Assembly (NCBI GenBank): GCA_012837715.1
Contig: DUQR01000035.1
Location: 10,301-74,300 of the forward strand
Length of the DNA stretch: 64,000 nucleotides
Direction of reading: 5' to 3'
Source: Bacillota bacterium
GTDB lineage: Bacteria; Bacillota; UBA4882; UBA10575
This document shows, one piece after another, positions 9,245 to 19,492 of this stretch; position 1 is the stretch's first letter, and each line of letters begins with the position of its first letter. Made by a program: the position numbers and the translations under genes. The notes below the pieces were generated by a model, which was not told the DNA's origin, did not search any database, and saw only the letters and a program-made list of their open reading frames with translations.

Positions 9245-11065
9245 TTGGAAAGGGTAGAAAAGCCAGCTCGTTATATTGGGGGCGAATTAAACGCCGTAAC
9301 TAAACCATGGACTGAGGTCCGGCTCCGGGTTGCCCTGGCCTTTCCCGATATTTATGAGATTGGCTTCTCCCATCTGGGCTTACGCCTATTATACCAGAGG
9401 ATCAACGACCATCCGGCCTATTTAGCCGAGCGGGTCTACGCTCCGGCCAAAGATATGGAGGAGGAATTACGAAAAACGGGATTACCCCTTTTTTCTTTGG
9501 AAACCCGTCATCCGCTAAACCAATTTGACGTGGTCGGTTTCACCTTACAATATGAATTGAGTTATACGAATATCTTGAATATGATGAATCTGGCGGGAAT
9601 ACCATTAAAAAGAGAAGAGCGGGGAGAAGCCGACCCGCTAATCATCGGGGGCGGCCCCGGTAGCTTTAATCCCGAACCCTTAACCGCTTTTTTTGATCTT
9701 TTCCTCTTGGGAGAGGGAGAAGACGCCATCCTGGAGATCCTGGCGTCGATGGCGAAGGCGAAAGAGAACGCTTTATCCAAGCAAGAGATGAAAAAGGAAC
9801 TCCTCAAGATCGAAGGGGTGTATGTACCGGAATTTTATACCGTCGAATATGAGCAAGAAGGGAAAATTGCCGCGCTTTACCCGGTGCCTCCGGCTCCGCC
9901 GGTTGTCGCGAAAAGAATTCTCCCCGATTTGACCACCGCTTATCTTCCCGAAAAAGACCTGGTGCCCTGGGTAGAGCCCGTCCATGACCGGGCGATGGTT
10001 GAATTGTTCCGTGGCTGTACGCGGGGCTGCCGTTTCTGCCAGGCGGGCATGATCTACCGGCCGGTCCGTGAACGCGCGCCAGCGGTGCTCAAAGATTATT
10101 TAGAAAAGATAATCGCGCAAACCGGTTATGAAGAGGCCTCGCTTACTTCGTTAAGTAGCGCCGATTATTCTCAAATCAATGAACTGCTAAGCGCCCTGAC
10201 GGATTGCTTTTCTCCGCAGGGGGTCAGATTGTCGCTCCCGTCGTTACGGATTGACTCCTTCTCCCCGGAACTAGCCGCCCGTTTTCAGGGTGGACGGAAA
10301 GTGGGTCTGACCTTCGCCCCGGAAGCCGGAACCGAACGGTTACGGCGGGTGATCAATAAAAACCTCACTGATGCGGAGATTTTAACCACGGCCCGTGAAG
10401 CCTTTGCCGCCGGATGGCAACGGCTAAAGCTCTATTTTATGATTGGCTTGCCGACCGAAACCGATCCTGATCTAGAAGGAATCGTTACTTTAGCCCGCCA
10501 GGTTCTGACCATCGGCCGCGACCTCAACGGTAAGAAGGCCGGACGGGTCCAGGTTACCGTGAGCGTTTCCACCTTTGTACCCAAACCCCATACCCCTTTT
10601 CAGTGGCGTCCCCAAATTTCGCTAGCCGAAACCGAACGCCGCCAGAATTTCCTCAGGGAACGGCTTGTTGGTCGTGGGCTTAATTTTTCCTGGCATGACC
10701 CGAGGTTAAGCCAGATGGAAGGGGTTTTATCCCGGGGTGACCGTCGTCTGGGAAATGCCCTTGCCAAAGCCTGGGAACTTGGTTGCTCCTTTGATTCTTG
10801 GCCGGACCAATTTCGCTGGGACCTTTGGCAGGAGGCGATGGCCGTTACCGGGTTAAAGATGGAGGAATATACACGGGCTCGCGCCTATGATGAGATCTTG
10901 CCCTGGGATCATTTAAGCGCCGGACTCAAGAAAGCCTATTTACAAAGTGAAGACCAAAGGGCGGAGCAGGGGCAGACCACCCCCGATTGTCGCCCCCGAC
11001 AAAACTGTTCCACCTGTGGGGTTTGTGCGTCCCTCAACATCCACCCCCAACTACTGAGGAGGTGA
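9245..11065 (+). CDS. B12-binding-domain radical SAM protein (TIGR03960-like family, function unknown)
   Basis: Family-typical N-terminus VEKPARYIGGELN and radical SAM cluster CTRGCRFCQAG (CX3CX2C). It is followed by its usual DUF2344 partner. Confidence 0.85.
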   Translation: MERVEKPARYIGGELNAVTKPWTEVRLRVALAFPDIYEIGFSHLGLRLLYQRINDHPAYLAERVYAPAKDMEEELRKTGLPLFSLETRHPLNQFDVVGFTLQYELSYTNILNMMNLAGIPLKREERGEADPLIIGGGPGSFNPEPLTAFFDLFLLGEGEDAILEILASMAKAKENALSKQEMKKELLKIEGVYVPEFYTVEYEQEGKIAALYPVPPAPPVVAKRILPDLTTAYLPEKDLVPWVEPVHDRAMVELFRGCTRGCRFCQAGMIYRPVRERAPAVLKDYLEKIIAQTGYEEASLTSLSSADYSQINELLSALTDCFSPQGVRLSLPSLRIDSFSPELAARFQGGRKVGLTFAPEAGTERLRRVINKNLTDAEILTTAREAFAAGWQRLKLYFMIGLPTETDPDLEGIVTLARQVLTIGRDLNGKKAGRVQVTVSVSTFVPKPHTPFQWRPQISLAETERRQNFLRERLVGRGLNFSWHDPRLSQMEGVLSRGDRRLGNALAKAWELGCSFDSWPDQFRWDLWQEAMAVTGLKMEEYTRARAYDEILPWDHLSAGLKKAYLQSEDQRAEQGQTTPDCRPRQNCSTCGVCASLNIHPQLLRR

Positions 11066-11742
11066 AAAAGATTAAATATCGAATAAGATACAGTAAGACC
11101 GGTGTCGCCCGTTTTACCTCTCATTTGGATGTCTTGCGGGCATTGAGCCGAACGCTTCGTCGGGCTGGCCTTCCGGTGGCCCTGTCTTCCGGGTTTAACC
11201 CCAAACCACAGATGGCTTTCGGTCCTCCTCTTCCTTTGGGTGTGGAAAGTGAAGCCGAATATTTTGATTTGGTGCTAACCACTTCTTTACCAGAAGAAGA
11301 GGTAGCGCAAGCCCTAAAGCAAAACCTCCCTCCAGGCCTTACCGTTTTGAACGTCCACAAGATAGCGCCCAAGACGCCTTCCTTAATGAGCCAAATTACC
11401 AGTATTTACTACCGGTTTCTTTTAAAGCGGAAAAGACCTCTTACCGATGGGCAGGTGGAAGAATGGTTTATGGCTTTATGGTCCCGTCCGCAATTAATCG
11501 TGACCAAAAAGACCAAAGCGGGCGAGAAAGAAGTAGATATTAGAAGCCTCTGGCAAGGTTATGAACTGACAGTACAAACCGATGGTTTGATTATTTTCCG
11601 GGTTAAAGTGGCCTTCGGACCGGAGGGGACAATTCGTCCCGACGATTTTGGTTCCTTATTGGCCACTACTTTCCAGATTGAACAGGCACGACGAACAGCG
11701 GTAGTCCTTGAGGCCAAAGGAAGCCGACAAAAGGTGCTTTAG
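11062..11742 (+). CDS. DUF2344 / radical-SAM-associated protein (TIGR03936-like)
   Basis: Family-typical N-terminus KIKYRIRYSKTGVARFTSHLDVLRALSRTLRRAGLP. The GTG start forms a GTGA overlap with the upstream stop. The track start at 10987 would overlap by 79 nt. Confidence 0.75.
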   Translation: MKKIKYRIRYSKTGVARFTSHLDVLRALSRTLRRAGLPVALSSGFNPKPQMAFGPPLPLGVESEAEYFDLVLTTSLPEEEVAQALKQNLPPGLTVLNVHKIAPKTPSLMSQITSIYYRFLLKRKRPLTDGQVEEWFMALWSRPQLIVTKKTKAGEKEVDIRSLWQGYELTVQTDGLIIFRVKVAFGPEGTIRPDDFGSLLATTFQIEQARRTAVVLEAKGSRQKVL

Positions 11743-11753
11743 GATGTGTTAGG

Positions 11754-13421
11754 ATGGAGAAAGAATTTTTAATTAATGTCAGCCCCAGTGAAACCAGAAT
11801 GGCCGTTTTGGAAGATGGTAGATTGGTCGAACTTTCAATCGAAAGTTTTACAGCACAACGGCAAATCGGTAATATTTACCGGGGTAAAGTTGAAAACGTT
11901 TTACCGGGTATGCAAGCCGCTTTTATCGATATTGGAATGGAAAAGAATGCCTTTCTTTTTATTGATGATCTCCAACAGGAACGGGGAGAGAACGGTTTCA
12001 CCTCGATCAGTGATTTATTACGGGAAGGACAAGAAATTATTGTCCAGTTGGTCAAGGAACCAATGGGCAATAAAGGAGCAAGAGTCGTTACCAACTTGAC
12101 TATACCTGGACGTTATCTGGTCTTGATGCCGACCGTGGACTACATCGGGATTTCCCGCCGGATTGAAGATGAAAAGGAACGGGAACGCCTGAAGAAGATT
12201 GCCACCCATTTGAAACCGGAAGGGATGGGGTTGATTATCCGGACGGCGGCTGAGGGTTTGCAGGAGGAAGATTTAGAAGCCGACCGCGATTTTCTCTTTA
12301 ATTTATGGCAAAAAATACTAAAAAAAGCAAGAAAGGGTCCGACCCCGTCCCTTCTCTTTCATGATCATGATTTGCTCTACCGGATCCTCCGGGATCTTTT
12401 TACGAAAGAAGTAGATCGACTCATTATCGACGATCGTTCGACTTATGAAAAAGCTTTAGATTTATTGAGCGGGTTAAGTCCCCATTTAAAGAATAAAGTA
12501 AAATTATTCACCGGAAATTCCTTGTTTTCGGTTTATGGCGTGGAACACCAAATCGAACAGGCTTTACAACGGAAAATTTGGCTTGACACCGGTGCTTACC
12601 TTGTTTTTGACCAGACCGAAGCGCTCACCGTGGTTGATGTCAATACCGGGAAATTCACCGGATCAACCTGTTTGGAAGATACGGTTTTTTATACGAATTT
12701 AACTGCCGCCAAGGAAATCGCCCGTCAAGTCCGGTTGCGAAATATCGGCGGCATCATTATCATTGACTTCATAGATATGTCCGATGAAAGTAGTAGGAAG
12801 CAGGTGTTGGAGTGTCTCGCGGCCGAACTACAGAAGGATAAAGTCAAAACCAACATCCTTGGTTTTACGTCCTTGGGTTTATTGGAGATGACCAGAAAAA
12901 AAACCCGTCCTAGTCTCCGCGAACAATTACAACAGGCCTGTTCTTGCTGTGAAGGAACGGGGTATAAATATTCGCTTGAAACCCAAACCGCCCGTACGGA
13001 ACGGCGGATCATGGAATTAGGTTGCGAATACCCCAAGGCCGAAGCCTTATTGATTGGGGTTAATACCGCCATTGCCGCCCTGTTGATTGGCCCCGGCGGC
13101 GCCCGGTTGGCTTTACTCGAGAAAATGACCAAGAAATCCCTTTTTATCAGGGGCAAAGAGGAGATTCCCTTAGCTGAAGCCCGGATCATTGCCACCGGAG
13201 ACAAGGAATATATTCAAACTACAGCTTTACCGGTTAAAGAAGGGGAGGAGTTGGAAGTGGAAATCCTCGAACCCCACTTAAACAACCCGTTGGACGGGAT
13301 AGCCCGTTTGGAAGGGTATATTATTGATATTGAAAACGGCGGCTGTCATGTCGGACAGCGTGTTACAGTAAAGATTGAAAAGTTGTTTAAGACCTATGCC
13401 AAAGCCACGATCGCTCATTGA
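11754..13421 (+). CDS. rng: Ribonuclease G/E family endoribonuclease (Rne/Rng), with C-terminal TRAM-like domain
   Basis: S1 domain (GNIYRGKVENVLPGMQAAFIDIG), catalytic core (VVDVNTGKF, IIIIDFIDM) and a Zn-link CxxC (CSCCEG). Confidence 0.9.
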   Translation: MEKEFLINVSPSETRMAVLEDGRLVELSIESFTAQRQIGNIYRGKVENVLPGMQAAFIDIGMEKNAFLFIDDLQQERGENGFTSISDLLREGQEIIVQLVKEPMGNKGARVVTNLTIPGRYLVLMPTVDYIGISRRIEDEKERERLKKIATHLKPEGMGLIIRTAAEGLQEEDLEADRDFLFNLWQKILKKARKGPTPSLLFHDHDLLYRILRDLFTKEVDRLIIDDRSTYEKALDLLSGLSPHLKNKVKLFTGNSLFSVYGVEHQIEQALQRKIWLDTGAYLVFDQTEALTVVDVNTGKFTGSTCLEDTVFYTNLTAAKEIARQVRLRNIGGIIIIDFIDMSDESSRKQVLECLAAELQKDKVKTNILGFTSLGLLEMTRKKTRPSLREQLQQACSCCEGTGYKYSLETQTARTERRIMELGCEYPKAEALLIGVNTAIAALLIGPGGARLALLEKMTKKSLFIRGKEEIPLAEARIIATGDKEYIQTTALPVKEGEELEVEILEPHLNNPLDGIARLEGYIIDIENGGCHVGQRVTVKIEKLFKTYAKATIAH

Positions 13422-13446
13422 CATGAAGCTACGCGAATGGTATTAT
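13418..13446 (+). promoter_or_regulatory. Sigma-A promoter of rplU-prp-rpmA operon
   Basis: TTGACA, 17-nt spacer, TATTAT, with an extended -10 TG. The -35 overlaps the rng stop codon (caTTGACA). Confidence 0.7.
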
Positions 13447-13452
13447 ATTTGT

Positions 13453-13540
13453 TGTGGGTTTTCGAACCCGTTGTTACCGCACAGTTTTGGCTTTGAAAAA
13501 CCAACCAAATGGTGCCACAACTGGCGAGTCTAAACGGAGG
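13453..13540 (+). ncRNA. L21-leader-like structured 5'UTR upstream of rplU
   Basis: About 90-nt untranslated leader between the promoter and the RBS. It contains hairpins (GGGTT-TTCG-AACCC; TTGG...CCAA). A ribosomal-protein L21 leader is known at this position in Firmicutes. I did not verify the structure against a covariance model. Confidence 0.4.
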
Positions 13541-13547
13541 TGTTTTT

Positions 13548-13856
13548 ATGTATGCAATTGTCGAAACCGGCGGAAAACAATATCGGGTTATGGCCGGGGA
13601 TCAGTTCAATGTCGAGAAATTACCAGGTGAGGTTGGTTCCGAAGTAGTGTTAGACCGGGTTTTACTCATCGGTGGAGATGAGACTAAAGTTGGAACCCCC
13701 TATCTCGAAGGGGCCAAAGTAAAAACGGTGATTGTACAACAAGACAAAGCCCGGAAAATTTTGGTCTTTCGTTACAAAGCAAAGAAAAATATTAGAAAAA
13801 GGTATGGACACCGGCAACCTTTTACCCGACTACAAGTTGTTGCCATCGAAGCCTAA
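13548..13856 (+). CDS. rplU: 50S ribosomal protein L21
   Basis: MYAIVETGGKQYRV N-terminus with a GGAGG RBS 7 nt upstream. The track ORF carries a spurious 13-codon extension. Confidence 0.95.
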   Translation: MYAIVETGGKQYRVMAGDQFNVEKLPGEVGSEVVLDRVLLIGGDETKVGTPYLEGAKVKTVIVQQDKARKILVFRYKAKKNIRKRYGHRQPFTRLQVVAIEA

Positions 13857-14206
13857 TGACTCTGGTCCAAGTTCTGCGTTCGGGTGGGCGCCTGGTCGGT
13901 TTTAAGGCCAAAGGACACACTGGTTATGCTCAGGCGGGACAAGATATTGTTTGCGCCGGTGTATCAACCCTGATTCAAACCGCTGTTCTCGGCTTACAAG
14001 AACTGGCTGGCTTGGATTTGGAAATTAAGCAAGAACAGAAGAGTGGTTTCTTCAGTTGTTTCATCGTCACCACCGACGACGAAACTAAATTAGCCAAAGC
14101 CGATTTAATCTTGAACCTTATGTATCTTGGTTTACAACAGATCGCTTTGGATTATCAAAAATATGTACAAATTGTCCTTAAGGAGGTGCAAAAAGATGAA
14201 TTTTGA
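13856..14206 (+). CDS. prp: Ribosomal-processing cysteine protease Prp (YsxB family)
   Basis: Located between rplU and rpmA, with the GHTGYA...DIVCAGVS motif (catalytic His/Cys). Confidence 0.9.
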   Translation: MTLVQVLRSGGRLVGFKAKGHTGYAQAGQDIVCAGVSTLIQTAVLGLQELAGLDLEIKQEQKSGFFSCFIVTTDDETKLAKADLILNLMYLGLQQIALDYQKYVQIVLKEVQKDEF

Positions 14207-14486
14207 TCTGCAATTTTTTGCGCATAAAAAGGGAATGGGTAGTACCAGAAATGGCCGTGATAGTCAAGCCCAACGGTTAGGAGTAAAGAGGTTTGCCGGG
14301 CAACAAGTCCAGGCCGGCAATATCCTTGTCCGTCAACGGGGAACCAAATTTCATCCTGGCAATAATGTGGGGATCGGTAAAGATGATACCCTTTTTGCGT
14401 TAATCGACGGCTTTGTTGCTTTTGAACGTAAAGGGAAAAACGATAAAAAAGTCAGTGTTTACGCTGAGCCGGTCATCACGGCTTAA
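14196..14486 (+). CDS. rpmA: 50S ribosomal protein L27 (with cleavable N-terminal extension MNFDLQFFA)
   Basis: AAGGAGG RBS. N-terminus MNFDLQFFA|[14 protein letters not shown]. The start lies 11 nt inside the prp 3' end. Confidence 0.95.
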   Translation: MNFDLQFFAHKKGMGSTRNGRDSQAQRLGVKRFAGQQVQAGNILVRQRGTKFHPGNNVGIGKDDTLFALIDGFVAFERKGKNDKKVSVYAEPVITA

Positions 14487-14488
14487 GG

Positions 14489-14518
14489 TAAAAAAACCGC
14501 CGAACGGCGGTTTTTTTC
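14489..14518. terminator. Intrinsic terminator after rpmA (A-tract/T-tract flanked, potentially bidirectional)
   Basis: AAAAAAA-CCGCCG-AA-CGGCGG-TTTTTTT. Confidence 0.85.
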
Positions 14519-14649
14519 AAATCCGTCCTTCGGATGAACAAGTGCCTTTGCCCGCGTTTAACCGGGGCCGAAGGTTTGGGCGAGACTTCACCTTTATCCG
14601 GTTGAGAGGATAATCTTAATTTCCGGTAGAATAATATGTAAAAACGTAA

Positions 14650-15951
<1,302 letters not shown>

Positions 15952-15980
15952 TTAATCTTTTTTTAGGAGGTTTATGGAGC

Positions 15981-16172
15981 ATGTCCTGCTTGGAGTGCGG
16001 GAACTGTAAAAAAGACACCGACCTTTATTTTTGTCCCGCCCAAAATGAATTCATCATCCGGGAAAAGACCATTGTCAGAGAACGAGAAACCCGATGGAAA
16101 AAAGGGGACCCCCGTTATGAATCACAGCGCCGCAGGCAAAGAAAAGACCGGGAAGATTTAAAAATAAGTTAA
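15981..16172 (+). CDS. Small (63 aa) Cys-rich, highly basic hypothetical protein
   Basis: AGGAGG RBS 9 nt upstream of the ATG. It has a CLECGNC...FC motif followed by an Arg/Lys-rich tail, and an intrinsic terminator follows immediately. Confidence 0.5.
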   Translation: MSCLECGNCKKDTDLYFCPAQNEFIIREKTIVRERETRWKKGDPRYESQRRRQRKDREDLKIS

Positions 16173-16183
16173 TTTTTTGGATC

Positions 16184-16210
16184 AGACACTGTAACCCCAG
16201 TGTCTTTTTT
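16184..16210 (+). terminator. Intrinsic terminator after obg/small ORF
   Basis: AGACACTG-TAACCC-CAGTGTCT followed by TTTTT. Confidence 0.85.
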
Positions 16211-16223
16211 ATATTATGGAAAT

Positions 16224-16284
16224 TGACGAAGGGCGGCCATTTATTGGATTTTGAAACATAAAGCGAAGGACAACGTTAAAAGCC
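16224..16284 (+). repeat. Intergenic repeat family, copy D (3' half only)
   Basis: ...TTGGATTTTGAAACATAAAGCGAAGGACAACGTTAAAAGCC aligns with the 3' halves of copies B and C. It lies upstream of proB. Confidence 0.65.
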
Positions 16285-16362
16285 AATTCTAAGTGGAGCA
16301 AAACCAGTATCTTGTAGTATAATTGAGAAAATAAGTTAATTCATCCGGGAAGTGGGGGTTTT

Positions 16363-17502
16363 TTGTTGGATCATCGAAACCGGCTTAAAGAAGTCCAAAA
16401 AATTGTGGTGAAGATTGGGACTAGTAGTTTAACTTATCCTTCAGGACGGCTCAATCTAAATAACATGGAACTGATCGTCCGGCAAATCGCCAATTTACAT
16501 AATTCCGGAAAAGAAGTGGTGTTAGTCTCCTCCGGTGCGGTGAGCGCCGGCATTGGTGAACTTGGCCTCACCAGTAAACCACGGACCATTCCGGAACGGC
16601 AAGCGGTGGCAGCCGTCGGACAGAGTTTTTTGATGCAGGTCTACAACCGTTTATTTCTACAATACGGGATCATTACCGCTCAGATTCTGCTTACGCGGGA
16701 TGATATGAGCGAGCGACGACGCTATTTAAACGCCCGCAACACCCTATTAATGCTTACTAAAGAATACCATGCCTTACCCATTATCAATGAAAACGATACG
16801 GTGGCGACGGAAGAATTACAACTCCGGTTTGGGGATAATGATACTTTAGCGGCTTTGGTCGCCGGACTGATCGGCGCCGACCTTTTAATCCTTCTTTCCG
16901 ACATCAGTGGTTTATACACTGGAGATCCCCGGAAGGATAAAACGGCAACCCTGATCCGGGAAGTCAGGGATCTCTCCCCGGCTATTTGGGCTGCCGCAGG
17001 GGAAGCCGGTACAGTGCGGGGCACCGGTGGGATGATCACCAAACTGGAAGCGGCGCGGATCGCCACCCGTTCCGGGATTATGATGGTTTTAGCCTCCAGC
17101 GCAGATGGAGATATCTTAAACCGGATTCTCTCCGGCGAGGAAGTGGGGACCATCTTTCTCCCCAACCACGATACTTTAGTCCAGCGGGAAAGGTGGATTG
17201 CCTTTGCCGGTCAACCGCAAGGCGCAGTAATCATCGATCCGGGCGCGGTCACCGCTTTGCTGGTGGGGAAGAAAAGTCTACTCCCTTCCGGTGTGATTGG
17301 CGTCAAGGGTAAATTTGGGGTTGGTGATCTAATCCGGGTCCTCGATCCGACGGAGAAAGAGATTGCCCGCGGTTTATCTAATTTTACTGCGGAGGAGATT
17401 GATAAGATCAAAGGGGCAAACACCGTAAATCTGCCCACATTACTTGGCTATAAAACCTTTGATGAAGTCATCCACCGTGATAACCTAGTATGTTTGGAAT
17501 AG
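16363..17502 (+). CDS. proB: Glutamate 5-kinase (with PUA domain)
   Basis: VVKIGTSSL, VLVSSGAV, INENDTV and GTGGM motifs, with a C-terminal PUA domain. Confidence 0.95.
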   Translation: MLDHRNRLKEVQKIVVKIGTSSLTYPSGRLNLNNMELIVRQIANLHNSGKEVVLVSSGAVSAGIGELGLTSKPRTIPERQAVAAVGQSFLMQVYNRLFLQYGIITAQILLTRDDMSERRRYLNARNTLLMLTKEYHALPIINENDTVATEELQLRFGDNDTLAALVAGLIGADLLILLSDISGLYTGDPRKDKTATLIREVRDLSPAIWAAAGEAGTVRGTGGMITKLEAARIATRSGIMMVLASSADGDILNRILSGEEVGTIFLPNHDTLVQRERWIAFAGQPQGAVIIDPGAVTALLVGKKSLLPSGVIGVKGKFGVGDLIRVLDPTEKEIARGLSNFTAEEIDKIKGANTVNLPTLLGYKTFDEVIHRDNLVCLE

Positions 17503-17514
17503 GAGGTAATTGGG

Positions 17515-18771
17515 TTGAACATTGAAGAATATGTCTTTTCTCTGGGACAAAAGGCAAAAGCGGCCGCTTCTACCATGGCCAAACTGGATACTACGGCAAA
17601 AAACCAAGCTTTGCTGGCGATCGCCGACGAGTTAATTGCCAATCAAGAGGAAATTCTGGTGGTGAACGAAAAAGAGGTAGAGACGGCGCAAAGAGCGGGC
17701 TTAAAAAGTAGCTTTATCGAGCGGTTAACCTTAAATCCAGAACGGATTGGTGGAATTGTCGAGGGACTGCGCGAGATTGTTCGGTTGGAGGACCCGGTGG
17801 GGAACGTGGAAAAAATGTGGCGTCGTCCCAATGGCCTGGAGATCGGTCAAGTCCGGACGCCCCTTGGTGTGGTGGCCATGATCTATGAAGCCCGACCCAA
17901 TGTCACGGTGGATGCGGCTGCTTTATGCCTAAAAACAGGCAATGCTGTATTGCTCCGCGGAGGTTCGGAAGCCCTCAAGACCAATGAGGTTCTCGTCGAA
18001 GTGATGCGGAAAGCATTAAACCGTACCACTGTTCCCCAAGATGCGGTCCAATTAGTAGCTTCCACCGAACGGGAGGCCGCTGTTACCCTCATGAAAATGC
18101 GGGAATACGTGGATATCCTCATTCCCCGGGGTGGCGCCGGTTTAATCAAAACCGTGGTCAATAATGCGCAAGTGCCGGTCATCGAAACCGGCGTCGGTAA
18201 TTGCCATCTGTACGTTGATGTTAACGCCCAGTTGGAGACGGCGATTAAGCTTGTCATTAACGCAAAAACGCAACGGCCTGCGGTCTGCAACGCCCTGGAA
18301 ACCCTTTTGGTTCACCAGGAGATCGCCCCCAGTTTTCTTCCCCGTTGTGGAGAAGAACTCCGTCACGCCGGGGTGGAAATCCGGGGCTGTCCCCTAACCC
18401 GATCTTACTTGCCCTGGGCGGAGAAAGCGACCGCCACCGATTGGGCCACCGAGTACTTGGATCTAGTTTTAGCCGTGAAAGTAGTTCCGGATTTTGCGGC
18501 TGCTGTCGCCCACATCAACCAGTACGGTACCGGTCATTCGGAGAGTATTCTGACCACTGATTATGCGACCGCCCGTCGCTTTCTACAAGAAGTGGACGCC
18601 GCTGCTGTCTATGTCAATGCTTCCACCCGCTTTACCGATGGTTATGAATTCGGTTTGGGCGCCGAGTTAGGAATTTCCACCCAAAAGTTACACGCGCGGG
18701 GACCCATGGGCCTTCAAGCACTAACCACAATTAAATATATAATCTACGGGGACGGACAAATTCGAAAATGA
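17515..18771 (+). CDS. proA: Glutamate-5-semialdehyde dehydrogenase
   Basis: Sits after proB, has the aldehyde dehydrogenase catalytic Cys context (RPAVCNALETLLVH), and is 418 aa long. Confidence 0.95.
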   Translation: MNIEEYVFSLGQKAKAAASTMAKLDTTAKNQALLAIADELIANQEEILVVNEKEVETAQRAGLKSSFIERLTLNPERIGGIVEGLREIVRLEDPVGNVEKMWRRPNGLEIGQVRTPLGVVAMIYEARPNVTVDAAALCLKTGNAVLLRGGSEALKTNEVLVEVMRKALNRTTVPQDAVQLVASTEREAAVTLMKMREYVDILIPRGGAGLIKTVVNNAQVPVIETGVGNCHLYVDVNAQLETAIKLVINAKTQRPAVCNALETLLVHQEIAPSFLPRCGEELRHAGVEIRGCPLTRSYLPWAEKATATDWATEYLDLVLAVKVVPDFAAAVAHINQYGTGHSESILTTDYATARRFLQEVDAAAVYVNASTRFTDGYEFGLGAELGISTQKLHARGPMGLQALTTIKYIIYGDGQIRK

Positions 18772-19373
18772 AGGGAATCGGCATATACGGGGGAAGCTTC
18801 GATCCAATCCACCTCGGCCATCTGCTGCTGGCTGAAGCAGCCCGGGAAGAGCTTGATTTGGAGCAAGTAATTTTTGTCCCCGCTTTACAATCACCCTTAA
18901 AAGGCCATACCCCCGCGGTGACGAACGAAGACCGGATCGCCCTAGTTAAACTGGCAATTATCGATAATCCCTTTTTTACCCTTTCTGAAGTGGAACTCAC
19001 GCGGGAACCGCCTTCATATACTGTTGACACTTTACTTTATTTTCGCCGGGTTTATCCCAATCGGAGATTATTTTTCTTAATGGGTCAGGATGCCTTGGAC
19101 ACGCTGCCCGCCTGGCATCAATTCCGGACCCTTTTGACCTTAGCCTGTTTAGCGGTGGGCACCCGTCCCGGCTTTCCACCCAGTGTGCCATCGTCCCTCG
19201 AAAAGTACCGCTACCCGACAGAGGAAAGCCAAGGTATCGTCTTTTTTCACAACCCACAGGTCGAGGTCTCCTCTAGTCGAATCCGGGAACGCCTCCGGCG
19301 CGGAAAATCGGTCCGGTATTGGTTGGAACCAAAGGTCCTCGACTATATTCTGGCGAAAAAACTCTATACCTAA
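18768..19373 (+). CDS. nadD: Nicotinate-nucleotide adenylyltransferase
   Basis: GGSFDPIHLGH (HxGH) and SSSRIR (ISSTxxR) motifs. The start forms an ATGA overlap with the proA stop. Confidence 0.95.
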   Translation: MKGIGIYGGSFDPIHLGHLLLAEAAREELDLEQVIFVPALQSPLKGHTPAVTNEDRIALVKLAIIDNPFFTLSEVELTREPPSYTVDTLLYFRRVYPNRRLFFLMGQDALDTLPAWHQFRTLLTLACLAVGTRPGFPPSVPSSLEKYRYPTEESQGIVFFHNPQVEVSSSRIRERLRRGKSVRYWLEPKVLDYILAKKLYT

Positions 19374-19492
19374 GTAATAAGCCAAACCTGAACTAGATTT
19401 CTTCCTAGCTTCAATAATATTTTTTCCCGCGGGCAAAATAAGATGGAGCCTGCAAAGATTATGATTCATAGGCCGGAAACGAGGTGAAGTTG

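Noticed and set aside
10987-11061. N-terminal extensions proposed by the ORF track for the DUF2344 gene, rplU (13509), rpmA (14127), potA (36691), potB (35627), der (44985), hisS (55794), hup (50732), the 37573 gene and others.
   Set aside because: The extensions overlap upstream genes or non-coding repeats, lack an RBS, and precede internal starts that have strong RBSs and family-typical N-termini.
14391-14401. Exact 11-mer CTTTTTGCGTT (the repeat terminus) inside rpmA. Near matches also occur inside proA (about 18258-18272) and yqeK (about 20500-20512).
   Set aside because: These lie within conserved coding sequence (L27 [10 protein letters not shown]) and have no flanking similarity to the repeat. 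They are chance matches.
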